64,000 nt of DNA from assembly GCF_001194135.2 (NCBI RefSeq), contig NC_068987.1:28009997-28073996 (forward strand). Direction: 5' to 3'. Below are positions 13,595 through 27,232 of the stretch, in pieces (within the stretch, counting starts at the first letter, position 1; each line of letters begins with the position of its first letter). The notes below the pieces were generated by a model. That model made no database searches. It was not told the DNA's origin and saw only the letters and a program-made list of their open reading frames with translations. The position numbers and the translations under genes are program-made. The DNA comes from Octopus bimaculoides (taxonomy: Eukaryota).

Positions 13595-13842
13595 TTATTT
13601 TCTTTTACTTGTTTCACTCCTTAGACTGCGGTCATACTGGGGCACTGGCTTGAAGAGCTTTAGGCTAACAAATTACACTAGGACTTATTTTTCTTTAAGC
13701 CTAGTACTATTCTATCAGTTTCTTTTGCCAAACTGCTAAGTTATAGGGACATAAGCACACCAACATTATTAAATGGTAGTGGGTGACAAACACAGATAAA
13801 AAGACACATGCATATAGATATATACCTATATATGTGTGGGTC

Positions 13843-13884
<42 letters not shown>

Positions 13885-13910
13885 CATATATGTGTGTGTG
13901 TGTGTGTATG

Positions 13911-13953
<43 letters not shown>

Positions 13954-14125
13954 ATATATACATATATATACAACAGAATTCTTTCAGTTTCCGTCTACCA
14001 AATCATCTCACAAGGCTTTGGTTGGCCCAAGGCTATAATAGAAGACATTTGCTTAAGGTGTCATGCAGTGGGGATGAACCCAGAACCATGAGATTGGCAA
14101 GCAAACTTCTAACCACACAGCTACA
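13595..14125 (-). mobile_element. tRNA-derived SINE, family A
   Basis: Same head and tail segments, with an expanded internal (TG/TA)n tract. Confidence 0.85.
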
Positions 14126-17100
14126 CTGTGTCTATGCTCATGATAATTAACTATTGCTTATTTAATTTGCTAAATTGCAAAGCAGAATTATAAATTGGGT
14201 GTAATTCTCATAAATTGTTAAATGTTTTGATTATAGGAAAATTTAGTGCCCATCAAGGAATGTGAACCAATGTGTCTTGTGGATAGTTTGATAATGTATG
14301 AAATTAACCATATAAAGACTTTTACGTTTTGGTATAATCTCTCAGTTCTATCATATTGTTGCTAATTTGAATATTTTAGGAATAGTAGTGTTTACAATTT
14401 AACTGCTTCAACCTAATAACCACTGAAGTGAGAATTTTTTTACTGATAATTACTTTTGAGATGAGTGTTGTATGTGTGTCAGCAAAAAGGTCAGTTCATT
14501 GAAGAACAGAAAAGCAAAAATAATTCTTTAGAAAATGAGGAAATGATTTCTGAATAAGATCCTTGCACAACTTGAAAATTCTCCTGACTTGAAACACACC
14601 ATGTTATCATCATCTATTTTTGTTCTTTATTCAACCCATTTTTTTTTTCCTTGTAGAACAGATTTAAGGAAATAAAGTTATGTAACTATTACAAGTCTTG
14701 ATCTCGTGAACAAGGTTTAATATCAGTAGCATAGCTCTTTAACATCTCAGTGATTGAATGTGTCTATGTGCTATTTATAAAGTGTATTAAAACAAATGTA
14801 TAATGCCTCTTTTATGCAATAAAATAAAAGAATATCACATGGATTTTAGTTGTTGGGCACCTAAAGCAAAGCTGTAGCAAGGAAATGAGCATTCCTATCA
14901 ACCTCACCATATTTTCCTGATTTTGAATTAGCAAGACAAATGTAGAATAAATTTTATCTAAATTCTTTTGCAAAGATTCACTGTACTTCTACTACAGTAT
15001 ACAGCATGAGGCTTTTCCTGACTCTTTCTTTTCTGATTCTAAGAAGAAGAGATTTGTTTTATATCAGTTTCTCTCACCTTCAATCAGAATTCTTCTGGGA
15101 TTGCAGTATTTTCAACATTTCATTTAACTGACATCTGCAAGTTGATATTCCCACAGGTGTTTTTCTTTTTTTAACTTTCTGGACATTTTCTCATCTTACG
15201 CAGATTTGCCAAAAGGTCTAATTTGCAAAATTATTATGCTGACTTTTGAACTTTTATCAGCATCATAAGAACTAATGGTCAATTCTTTTAATATTTTTTT
15301 TCTCCATCTTTTTGATATTCTATATTATGGGGAATTATTTTTCCCATGACACACCAAATGAAAGGTCAAAGGATATAAAAAGTAAAGCTGAATATTTGAC
15401 AAGTTATGCATGCTTTTTTTTTCTTTTCTCTCTTATGTTTTATTATTTTGGTTACACAAAATGGTAAACTGAAGTACTTCTAAACATATGTCTCCTCAGC
15501 CAACATTGTTATATTTACTACCTACCCTCATTTTCTTCGTCATCGTCGTCATCATCATTGTCACCATCAATTTTTACATCATTTTGTGTATTAGTTTATC
15601 AATGTTAGCAGTCTTTATATATGTCTTCACCTTGCATTATTTCTTCTATGAGGTTCAATTTCAGGTTACATTCTGCCTTTAAGTGACATTAGATGCTGAG
15701 CATTACCTATACTTGTGAATTGGATTAAAATCAGTTTCGATAATAATGATAGAAAAGGCAGGGTACCATATAATCTTAGAACTGTCTGTCTTAATCTCTC
15801 TTTTCTTTCCTCTCACATTTCCTCTCCCATTACCATTTTTTAAAATTAACTCTGTCCATCTCTCTCTCTTTTTACTCTTGCTTTCTAGTGTTTCAGTATA
15901 AACTTCACCACCACCATAATCATCATTATCCTTTCTAAGTTTTTTTAAAATTTTCTCTTACACTTTTTATTCCTCTAACCTCCTCTATCTTTCTCCATTC
16001 TCTATTATTAGCAACAGTGTCACCAATACCATAGCCCCCATTATCATTACTACTAACTGTTTCTTTCTTACCCTAGCTCAGTTACTTCCCTTAAGGAGAC
16101 ACAAGAAGTTTGGACATGGGTTTAAACATACTAAAGTCTAATCATATAGATTATTGTCATCATTATCAACCTCATCTTCAGCAAAACAAATTACTATTAT
16201 CATCATTATTATTGCTACAACTACTACTACTACTATTATTATTATTATTATTACTGAGTGAGAGAGCAGCAAATGCCATCAAAGTGGCACTGGGGTAAAA
16301 TATATGAAGAATATTTGCTGTAGCCCATCTTTTACATCAAAACAAAACACTATTATCATTGTTGTTGTTATTGTTGCTATTAAGGTGGCCAACTTGCCAA
16401 ATTGTTAGCACATGAAACAAACTGCTTATTGGCATTTTGTCTGTCTTTACATTTACTCACACACACATACACAGTCATAACTGCACTTTAAGCAAAAGGA
16501 TCAACTTTATGAACAGTTGGTTGGAGGAGTTAAAGAAGTCATAAGTTGCCATAGCTAGGAAGGTTGTGATGTAACATCACTGAATGTGGCAGCAGAGAAA
16601 TACCAAAGAGTCATGACCCAGATGCATTGCAACCTCCTTAATGTGTAAGGAGTTAGGGCACTAAACACTTGTATGAATCAAGCTTCTTTTCTGGAGGCTT
16701 TCGACTATGCAGTTCTCTCTACAGCTTCTTACTACCTATTTGTGCAAAAGGCATGTGTATGCATGTATGCATATTTATGTATACCTTTTAACTTAAATGA
16801 ATAAAACACAACTCTGATTTAAAGAATGTGAATCATTTAATTATATCAGGTGATGTTTTTTTTTATTAACTTCTTTTATTCAAGAAGGAATACGTTTACC
16901 TGTCTGTACTATACAAAAACAGATCCAACCCCCACACACAGCACATGCATATACAAACACACACACACATATACATGTGTGTGTGCATATGTATATCTAT
17001 TTCTTCATGTATATAATATATATATATATACATATATATATACACACACAGAATGTTAAAAAAATATGACGGTGTGTGGCATTACATCAAATAATATGTT

Positions 17101-17187
17101 AAAAATATATATAGAAGTATAAATAAATAGAACAAATGGAAAATACACTTTCTGTCATGTTTGGTCCTTTGTTTGTTTGCTTCCTAC

Positions 17188-17256
17188 TTCTTGCCACGAA
17201 AAGGGACCAATATTATCGTTAAAGGTGTAAAACTGCTGCAGTTCTTTGGATGATAA
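17188..17256 (-). CDS. Internal exon of the minus-strand gene: LSSKELQQFYTFNDNIGPFSWQE
   Basis: Acceptor aaatcctccttcag|TTA, donor GAA|gtagga; 69 nt, phase 0-0, compatible with the neighbouring exons 34149 and 8861. Confidence 0.55.
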
Positions 17257-17793
17257 CTGAAGGAGGATTTAGCAACATTCAATGTGTGTATTTTCTGCTT
17301 GTTCCATTTGTTTGTACTTCTATATATTTTTTAAATATATTATTTAATATAACGCCATGCACACCATTATGTTCTTAACATTCAGTATGTGTGTGCATGT
17401 ATATATGTATATCTATCTATCTATCTATCTATATATATATATGTATATATATATAGATAGATAGATAGATAGATAGGAACAATATTCTGTATTTTCCACC
17501 TTTCTGTTTCTTTGTACTACTACAAATTTGTATGCGCATAGACAGATACACTCACACACACACATACAAACACTTATATATATATATATATATGATTGGA
17601 TGCAGTTAATGCATGTCAATTAAACCATTCAGGTTTCAGCTCTAATGTAATCATTTTAAATTCCCACCAATACATGTATGCACATTTCCTCCTTGATCGA
17701 AGATGTGTTTTGGGATAATACAAAGTGTGCAACAATAATATTAAAAAAGGAATATCGGCATTGACTTGGTACAATTTTATTCCATCTGTTACA

Positions 17794-18192
17794 TATGAGG
17801 GGGTGCTGAAAAGTTTCTGGCTTTGGGTAACAGAAAATAAAGGAGGATCAGTTAGTTATGATTTTATTACCTCCAACAAGAAAGGAAGTTATGTTTTCAT
17901 CGGCGTTGGTTTGTCTGTCTGTGTGCAAAATAACTCAAAATGTTGTGAACGGTATTTGATGAAACTTGCAGAAAAAGTTGGTAATGGCACAAGGAACAGA
18001 TGATGAAATGTTGGTAGTGATCCGTGAATTTTTATGGATTCTTGTTCAACATACTCCCTTTCTCAGATTCACACACTTATTGCGGTACTCCTTCAGTTTT
18101 CCTAAGCCCTGCAAAAGAACTCAGAAGGTCGGGCCTCTAACTTGGCCTTTTGCAATACCCTTGTAGCCAGGAACTTTCCAGCAGCCCTCATA
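17794..18192. mobile_element. Mariner-type MITE interrupted by an insertion
   Basis: TIRs tatgagggggtgctgaaaagtttctgg ... ccaggaactttccagcagccctcata with TA flanks; sibling copies at 23755, 41968 and 55185. Confidence 0.8.
17867..18044 (+). mobile_element. Helentron/DINE-1-like non-autonomous element (HINE-like) nested in the MITE
   Basis: Starts ttacctcc...aagttatgttttcatcggcgttggtttgtctgtctgt, ends with hairpin atccgtgaatttttatggat; sits at a TT where sibling MITEs read ttttattcaacat uninterrupted. Confidence 0.55.
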
Positions 18193-18807
18193 TGTTTTAG
18201 TATTCTGCAACACATGCACACTATCAATGCAATCAGTAGATGCACCCTATGGCATCCACATGGTAAGCAAACACATCATCATTTTATAGTATTCAGTATG
18301 ATGGCTGGCTGGTTGGTTAGTTGGTTGATTTATTTCTTCTGCCACACCTTACATCATATAGAGAGTGGGGGAAAGAGAGTAAAATTGAGATACAGAGAGA
18401 GTTGGCATAAGTGGTGCAAGATGAGTGTTATAACATTATGAAGAATAAACATTTTTTTTTATGAGCAAAGCATAAATAGATTTTCAATGGAGTAGATTGC
18501 AATTATGTTGATAAAAATTTAGAAAATTGATACTATATATTTATTGCAAATATACAAATGAGAAATTTGTTTTTATTTAATTTTATTTAAAGGTAATAAA
18601 TATTTTTCTTTTGAAAATTAGTATTCGTTTCATCATTTTGTATAAGTACTCAGAAATTTGATAACAGTTAAATTACAGTTAATGTCTATATGCCATGCCA
18701 TATTTCCTGATATTACCCACAGAAGGAAAAGTATAAAAGTATAATTTCAAAGCTACATGTTTTATGATGGGTAACAGTCTAGCATATATGTATACATACA
18801 TACATGC

Positions 18808-18853
<46 letters not shown>

Positions 18854-18895
18854 ATTATATATCTATCTATCTCTCTATCTCTCTCTCAATATATA

Positions 18896-18968
<73 letters not shown>

Positions 18969-18989
18969 GGGTTATGGAATGGAGTATAT

Positions 18990-21560
18990 ATCATCATCAT
19001 CATTGTTTAATGTCCACTTTCCATGCTGGCATGGGTTCGATGGTGTGACTGAGGACTGGCAAGCCAAGAGGCTGCACCAGGCTCCAGTATAATCTGACAA
19101 GGTTTGTGCAGCTGAATGCCCTTCCTAGAGTGTAGTGGGTGCTTTTTATGTGCTACCAGTTCAGGTGCCAGTCAGGCAACATTTTTACCAATCACACTTG
19201 AATGAGCTTTCTACATACCCCTGGCATGGGTGCCAGTCAAGCAGCACTGGCATTGGTGATGCTTGAATGGTGCTTTCCACGTGCCACCAGCACAGGAGCC
19301 AGTCAGGTGACACTGGCAATGGCCATGCTCGACTGGTGCTTTTTACATGCCACCAGCATGGGTGCCAGTCAGGGGCCACTGGCATTGGCCATAACTATGA
19401 TTTCACTTGGCTCAACAGGTCTTCTCAAGCACAACATATTGTATGACGATTGAAGGGGTACTTTTAAACGGGCCAATTATGTAATACTGACATCAGCCAC
19501 AGCTATGATCTCACTTGGCTTGCTGGGTCTTCTGAAGCACAGCATATCTCCCAAGGTCTCAGATGCTTGTCATTGTCTCTTTGAGGCCCAACATTCAAAG
19601 GTCATGCTTCACCATCTCATCCCATGTCTTCCTGGGTCTACCTCTTCCACAGGTTCTCTCCACTGTTAGGGTGCAACAATTCTTCACACTGCTGTCCTCA
19701 TCCATACGCAACACATGCCAATACCAGCACAGTCATCTCTCTTGCACACCACATCTGATGCTTCTTCTTATGTCCAACTTTTCTCTCACGGCGCTTACTC
19801 TCTGTTGTGTATGCACACTGACATTAAACATCCAGCAGAGTGTCTTAGCTGCATTTCTTTCAAGTCTACACATGTCACAGCCCATGTTTCACTGCTGTGC
19901 AGCACTGCTGTTTGCACACAGGCATCATACAGTCTACCTTTCCCTCTGAGCAATCTTGCCCGAACTATTATTATTCTAGTAGCTACACTCTCAGAGCATC
20001 CACCCTGCCACTGACTTGGTCACCTAGATAACGGAAGCTATCAACTACTTCTAAGTTTTCCCCCTGGCATGTGATGGAATCTATTTTCTATACATCTTTG
20101 GTGTTTAATGCCCCTGTGCGTCTGCCCAACTCAAAAATTATCTTCCCAGTTAACCTTCCTTTGATATTGCTGCACCTCTTATGTGTCTATAGCTTACAAT
20201 GGGTACAGCTTATGGAGTTTCTATCTGTGCTTTTTCTACAGATCGAGCAGGGCCATCTACCTGAAAGGATTTGTGATTTGTCTGCCTTCCTACTTATTAA
20301 GACTTTAGTCTTTGCTAGATTGACTCTAAGGCGCTCCGATCCAAGACCTTACTTCCACATGTGAAACTTCTTCTCTATTTCTAGTATTGACTCAGCTATT
20401 AGAACAAGGTCATCAGCGTAGAGGAGCTCCCAGGGGCAGCCTGTCTTGAATTCCTCTGTTATTGCCAGGAGAACTATGATGAATAAGAGGGGGCTGAAGA
20501 CTGAGCTTTGTTGAACCCCTACTTCTACCTGGAATTCTTCACAATACTCTTTGCCAACCCTCACCTTACTGACAGCATCCCTGTACATGGCTTGTAGAGT
20601 CCTCATCAACCACTCATCTGTACCTAGTTACTGCATTGACCACCAGATAATGGATCAGGGAACTCTGTGAAAGGCTTTCTCCAAGTCAATGAAAGCCAAG
20701 TACTGAAATTTATCTTTGGCTAGGAATTTTCCTGCAGCTGTCTTACCAGAAATATAGCATGTGGTGCTTCTCCCTGGCACAAACGCAAACTGCATCTTGT
20801 CTAATTTAATTCTCTCCCTAATTAATTGGGCTATGACCTTCTCTGTGACTTTCATCACCTGATCTAACAATTTGATACCTCTGTAATTATTCCTATCTAA
20901 TGCATCACTTTCACTTTTTTAGCAGTTGACGATGGCACTGTTACACAAATAATTGGGTATGACTCTTTTATGCATTACATGGTTGATTATATGGGTGACT
21001 AGACTATAGCCTACACAGCCAGATATTTTAAGCATCTCAGCAAGGATTCCTGATGGACCTGGGGTTTTCCCTGTCTTCATACTCTCAATTGCTTTATCTG
21101 CCATGGTACTGTCAATTCAAAGAGCTGATCCCTCTGTTGGGTCGACATTTGGCAGACGCTTTTTCTCTCATTCATTCTCTTCATTTAGCAACATTTCATA
21201 GTCTCTCTTTGCAGACTCATTAAATGCAAGTGGGCCATCATCTATGCGGACACATTTCTTTCCTATGACATCACAATTTTCTCTTACACACCATCTCGCA
21301 ATTTGAAATACTTTGAGTCTCTGGTCCTCATGACACAGAACATTGGCAAATGTTTTTCTTATCTGCTTCTCCTCTGGCTAAGTAAACCTGTCTCCTAGTT
21401 TCCTTTCTGGCAATTTGATACTGTTCCCTGCTACCACCATACTTCCAGTCCTGCATGCCTGCTTCTTTTCCTTAATGGCCTTGTCAACTACATTGTTCCA
21501 CTACCACATTACCTTAGGTCAAGAGGGGACTTTGCACCAGCCACACATCTGGTCAGTATT
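18990..21560 (-). mobile_element. RTE-clade non-LTR retrotransposon, 5'-truncated and frameshifted
   Basis: RT fragments QFAFVPGRST, LAFIDLEKAFHRVP, GVQQSSVFSPLLFIIVL, WELLYADDLVLIAES and KTPGPSGILAEMLK; 3' end with (GAT)n tail near 18990. Confidence 0.92.
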
Positions 21561-21884
21561 TCTTTTATTTTTATTCNNNNNNNNNNNNNNNNNNNNNNNN
21601 NNNNNNNNNNNNNNNNNNNNNNNNNNNNNNNNNNNNNNNNNNNNNNNNNNNNNNNNNNNNNNNNNNNNNNNNNNNNNNNNNNNNNNNNNNNNNNNNNNNN
21701 NNNNNNNNNNNNNNNNNNNNNNNNNNNNNNNNNNNNNNNNNNNNNNNNNNNNNNNNNNNNNNNNNNNNNNNNNNNNNNNNNNNNNNNNNNNNNNNNNNNN
21801 NNNNNNNNNNNNNNNNNNNNNNNNNNNNNNNNNNNNNNNNNNNNNNNNNNNNNNNNNNNNNNNNTATATATATAGTTCAAAAGA

Positions 21885-22070
21885 GGAAAAAGACAATGAG
21901 ACAACCAAAAAAAACAACAACGTGAGGACTTGATGCAGATTGTGTTACTGGACGCTCGGGAAAGGAAAGAAAGAGAATTTGACGTTTCGAGCGGAGCTCT
22001 TCGTCGGAAACAAAGGAAAGTCGAAACAAGGGAAAGACGGAGGAAGAAAAAAATCACGAACGATAGGTGC
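21885..22070. repeat. Dispersed repeat with a Penelope-like terminal motif
   Basis: gacgtttcgagcggagctcttcgtcggaaac (reverse: gtttccgacgaagagctccgctcgaaacgtc) resembles motifs at ends of Penelope-like elements; CpG-rich relative to background. Confidence 0.4.
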
Positions 22071-22199
22071 ATATCTATCTACCTACATGCAGACACATGT
22101 GCATATGTCTTTTGTTGATATAGATTAGCAAAGGATATGAATACTCCCTCCACACTCACACACACACACATTAACAAAAATAATTGATAATCAGTGCTT

Positions 22200-22470
22200 C
22201 TCATGCGAAGTTTCTGGCAATATTTGTTGAAACATTTGTGTTACAGACACAACACTGTTACTTTTCCTATCCATTCCAGTTTATTGAAATGCCTTAAGAC
22301 TATAGTTTCTTGTCTTTAATTTCAGAATTCCAGTTCTACCACATTGAGTTTTGATATCTCTTGCATTGGTCGATTCATCTAATTGTAGTGCTCCCTTACA
22401 AAATGTTCCCTTGAGCCTAATCCAAAGAAGTCATTATTGATATTGTAATAGAAGCACTTTATGTGACATT
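22200..22470 (-). mobile_element. Possible degenerate hAT (Buster/SPIN-like) transposase fragment
   Basis: Minus frame gives GALQLDESTNARDIK..., matching the LQLDEST motif around the first catalytic Asp of Buster-type hAT transposases; the rest is decayed. Confidence 0.35.
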
Positions 22471-23167
22471 GATTCTAATATTATTCTCGAATAATACCAT
22501 TTGGTGTCTGTTAAATTCATCTTATATAACTTGTAATAATACTACTGTTATGATTTTGTAACTTCTACTTGCTAATTATTTTGTTGCTGTTGTTGTTACT
22601 TTTTTGTTGTCATCGTTGTTCGGACTGTATAGGATGAGACCACCTAAAAGTCAAAAACACAACCAATTGATTCGAAAAAGATTTTGTTTAAGAGTAAGAT
22701 AAATGGTAGTGTATCTCTGAGAGAGGAAAGAAATATAAAGATAAGGTGAATGACATTGTTAATGATAAACACATACACACACACACACACACTCACATTG
22801 GCAAATGTCTTTTACTGTAACCTCGCTCCAACCCAAACTTTGTCAGCGAATTTCGGAAATGGAAACAAGAAGAAGTCTATATGTATGTGTGTCTATATAT
22901 GCACATATATATGTGTATATGTATACATACATACATGCATTCATACAAATATACATACATGTATATATATCATCGGTATATCATAAATCTGAAAGAGACG
23001 AGTGTTATAGAGTGGGAGAGTACTAGCCGCTGGACATTAGAATCTGAAGAAACACTGCAAAGCTAAGCGCTTAATGAACATGAAACCTGAGGAAACCCCC
23101 ATACATCCACCATAACTACATATATATATATGTATATAAATATATATATATGTATGTACATACAGTT

Positions 23168-23392
23168 CTATATTTAAGAGATGAGGAATTATGTACATTA
23201 TTTACAATTGACGGCTGATATACCCTCCAGCATTCATCAGGTGTCTTGGGGAAATTTTGAACCTGGGTTATTGTTATTATTATTATTATTATTATTACTA
23301 TTATTATTCCAGTCAATGCCTGGAATCGAACTCAGAATCTTGGGGTTAGTAGCCTGCACTCTTAACCACTACACCATATGCCCATGGGCAAT
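23168..23392 (-). mobile_element. tRNA-headed repeat (family D) with (AAT)n tract
   Basis: Reverse A box tggtgtagtgg and B box gttcgattcc; body ctgatgaatgctggagggtatatcagccg shared with the 29770-30035 copy. Confidence 0.8.
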
Positions 23393-23395
23393 TAT

Positions 23396-23442
<47 letters not shown>

Positions 23443-23754
23443 CATACATACATACATACATACATACATACATANNNNNNNNNNNNNNNNNNNNNNNNNN
23501 NNNNNNNNNNNNNNNNNNNNNNNNNNNNNNNNNNNNNNNNNNNNNNNNNNNNNNNNNNNNNNNNNNNNNNNNNNNNNNNNNNNNNNNNNNNNNNNNNNNN
23601 NNNNNNNNNNNNNNNNNNNNNNNNNNNNNNNNNNNNNNNNNNNNNNNNNNNNNNNNNNNNNNNNNNNNNNNNNNNNNNNNNNNNNNNNNNNNNNNNNNNN
23701 NNNNNNNNNNNNNNNNNNNNNNNNNNNNNNNNNNNNNNNNNNTATATATATAAA

Positions 23755-23972
23755 AGAGAGGGTACTGAAAAGTTCCTGCCTTTGGGTAAAAGAAAATACA
23801 GGAGTAAAAGAAAATCAGTTCTGATTTTATTCAACATATTCCCCTCTCATATTCACACACTTATTGCAATGCTCCTTCAGCTTTTCTATGTCCTATAAAA
23901 TTGCTTAGAGGATGGGCCTCCAGCCAGGCCTTTTGTACTACCCTTAAAACCAAGGACTGTTCAGTACCTCAT
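23755..23972. mobile_element. Mariner-type MITE
   Basis: gagggtactgaaaagttcctg ... ggactgttcagtacctc inverted termini; same family as 17794. Confidence 0.75.
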
Positions 23973-25522
23973 TGTATATATATAGTATCCATTGTATCTA
24001 TAGATGTACATCTTATATATGATGGACTTCCAATCAGTCTTTTGTCTACCAAATTCCCTTCATAAGCAATTGGTCAATTTAGAATTGCAAAGCCTCAAAG
24101 AGTGCTTCTTAACCACACTGCCACACCTGTCCCCATAAGTTTGAATGAAGTCATAGATGGTAGTTACAGACTGTAATACCTTACAGGAAGAACAGGTTAT
24201 TTCATATCATCTTTAACAGTATCGTATATAGTCCAGACATTTCTTCACAGTATCATTTCATTAGAATGAACTTTAATCATTAATGGTACTGATTTCATTG
24301 TCAGTTGGCTATGCATAGTACAAAGTTATTTTGCATTCCTTCTTGCCAAAACTAAACAGAAAAACTAAATAAAATAAATATGTTTCATATCTTCAGAAGT
24401 TATAAAGAGAGGGGAAAAAAAAAAAAGGAAGTGAAAATACTCAATATTTTTCTCCTATGACATAGTCATATCTAAAAGAACATTTTAAGTCAGAAGAAAT
24501 TTTTCATACATGTAATGAAAAATGCATTCAGCCATATATGCATTTGAAGCTTTGGTGATTCTATGCAATAATGTTATAAGAAATCATAATGTGAAAAAAA
24601 AGAAAAGAAATTTTCTTTATTTTTGCANNNNNNNNNNNNNNNNNNNNNNNNNNNNNNNNNNNNNNNNNNNNNNNNNNNNNNNNNNNNNNNNNNNNNNNNN
24701 NNNNNNNNNNNNNNNNNNNNNNNNNNNNNNNNNNNNNNNNNNNNNNNNNNNNNNNNNNNNNNNNNNNNNNNNNNNNNNNNNNNNNNNNNNNNNNNNNNNN
24801 NNNNNNNNNNNNNNNNNNNNNNNNNNNNNNNNNNNNNNNNNNNNNNNNNNNNNNNNNNNNNNNNNNNNNNNNNNNNNNNNNNNNNNNNNNNNNNNNNNNN
24901 NNNNNNNNNNNNNNNNNNNNNNNNNNNNNNNNNNNNNNNNNNNNNNNNNNNNNNNNNNNNNNNNNNNNNNNNNNNNNNNNNNNNNNNNNNNNNNNNNNNN
25001 NNNNNNNNNNNNNNNNNNNNNNNNNNNNNNNNNNNNNNNNNNNNNNNNNNNNNNNNNNNNNNNNNNNNNNNNNNNNNNNNNNNNNNNNNNNNNNNNNNNN
25101 NNNNNNNNNNNNNNNNNNNNNNNNNNNNNNNNNNNNNNNNNNNNNNNNNNNNNNNNNNNNNNNNNNNNNNNNNNNNNNNNNNNNNNNNNNNNNNNNNNNN
25201 NNNNNNNNNNNNNNNNNNNNNNNNNNNNNNNNNNNNNNNNNNNNNNNNNNNNNNNNNNNNNNNNNNNNNNNNNNNNNNNNNNNNNNNNNNNNNNNNNNNN
25301 NNNNNNNNNNNNNNNNNNNNNNNNNNNNNNNNNNNNNNNNNNNNNNNNNNNNNNNNNNNNNNNNNNNNNNNNNNNNNNNNNNNNNNNNNNNNNNNNNNNN
25401 NNNNNNNNNNNNNNNNNNNNNNNNNNNNNNNNNNNNNNNNNNNNNNNNNNNNNNNNNNNNNNNNNNNNNNNNNNNNNNNNNNNNNNNNNNNNNNNNNNNN
25501 NNNNNNNNNNNNNNNNNNNNNN

Positions 25523-25573
<51 letters not shown>

Positions 25574-26675
25574 TGTATTTATATATATATACATATATCA
25601 TAATACACACATGCACACACATACACACACAGACACACACAGACACACTTTTGAACAATGCTTTTTTTCATTAACAGACATACATACTTACATAACATTT
25701 TAGCATATTTGAATTATACTTTAAATGTTATCAATAATGTGCTTCAGTGCAAAGTATTGACTGCAATGATAGATGTAACGTGACAGTATATGAAACACTA
25801 CAGTCTTTTCTCTGTTCAGCATCTATTTGTCGACATTAACATGTATTGTTTAAGGAATAATTGGAGACAGGATTTTATGGCTAGCCAGATACTCATTCTG
25901 ATGCCATGCCTTATTTTTTTGTTTTCGTAGAAGGAATTGTTTTTGTAATATGTTTTCTAAAACATACAGTGACTGGTTGTGATATCATAAAGGGATGTAA
26001 ACATTATATCACCATTTTGCTGAATCAGTCACAAGCAACAGTATAGTAGGACATCAGTACCTGCACATGTACTCACATATATACATATGCACATGCATCA
26101 TATGCATGGATATATANNNNNNNNNNNNNNNNNNNNNNNNNNNNNNNNNNNNNNNNNNNNNNNNNNNNNNNNNNNNNNNNNNNNNNNNNNNNNNNNNNNN
26201 NNNNNNNNNNNNNNNNNNNNNNNNNNNNNNNNNNNNNNNNNNNNNNNNNNNNNNNNNNNNNNNNNNNNNNNNNNNNNNNNNNNNNNNNNNNNNNNNNNNN
26301 NNNNNNNNNNNNNNNNNNNNNNNNNNNNNNNNNNNNNNNNNNNNNNNNNNNNNNNNNNNNNNNNNNNNNNNNNNNNNNNNNNNNNNNNNNNNNNNNNNNN
26401 NNNNNNNNNNNNNNNNNNNNNNNNNNNNNNNNNNNNNNNNNNNNNNNNNNNNNNNNNNNNNNNNNNNNNNNNNNNNNNNNNNNNNNNNNNNNNNNNNNNN
26501 NNNNNNNNNNNNNNNNNNNNNNNNNNNNNNNNNNNNNNNNNNNNNNNNNNNNNNNNNNNNNNNNNNNNNNNNNNNNNNNNNNNNNNNNNNNNNNNNNNNN
26601 NNNNNNNNNNNNNNNNNNNNNNNNNNNNNNNNNNNNNNNNNNNNNNNNNNNNNNNNNNNNNNNNNNNNNNNNNNN

Positions 26676-26787
26676 CCGATAGAATAAGTACTGGGCTTAC
26701 AAAGAATAAGTCCTGGGGTCGATTTGCTTGACTAAAGGCGGTTCTCCAGCATGGCCGCAGTCAAATGACTGAAACAAATAAAAGAGT
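26676..26787 (+). mobile_element. SINE family A, 3' part (5' part in N gap)
   Basis: ccgatagaataagtactgggcttacaaagaataagtcctggggtcg...aaataaaagagtaaaagag. Confidence 0.85.
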
Positions 26788-26793
26788 AAAAGA

Positions 26794-26830
<37 letters not shown>

Positions 26831-26929
26831 TGTGCATACAAGTGTTTGTTTGCATGTGAGGGTATATATATGTGTGTGTGTGTGTGTGTGGATAGATTGA
26901 TAGATAGATACATAAATATGTATGTATTT

Positions 26930-27133
26930 TTATTCTTTTACTTGTTTCAGTCATTTGGCTGTGGCCATGCTGGAGCACTGCCTTTAGTTGAACAAATTGA
27001 GCCCCAGGACTTATTCTTTGTAACCCTTAGTACTTATTCTATTGGTCTCTTTTGTGAACCACTAAGTTACAGGTACAGATACCAACATCGGTTGTCGAGC
27101 GATGGTGGGGGTGGGACAAACACAGACACACAA

Positions 27134-27232
<99 letters not shown>

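Noticed and set aside
14990-15340. K/E-rich minus-strand stretch resembling coding DNA
   Set aside because: Multiple stops in every frame and no recognisable motif; at best an unidentifiable old transposon remnant.
19140-19420. Regularly spaced GC-rich repeats superficially like a CRISPR array
   Set aside because: They are degenerate tandem units without unique spacers, inside a eukaryotic LINE 3' region; no cas genes.
24182-24351. Minus segment with strong acceptor and gtaagg donor
   Set aside because: Stop codons in all three frames; not a coding exon.
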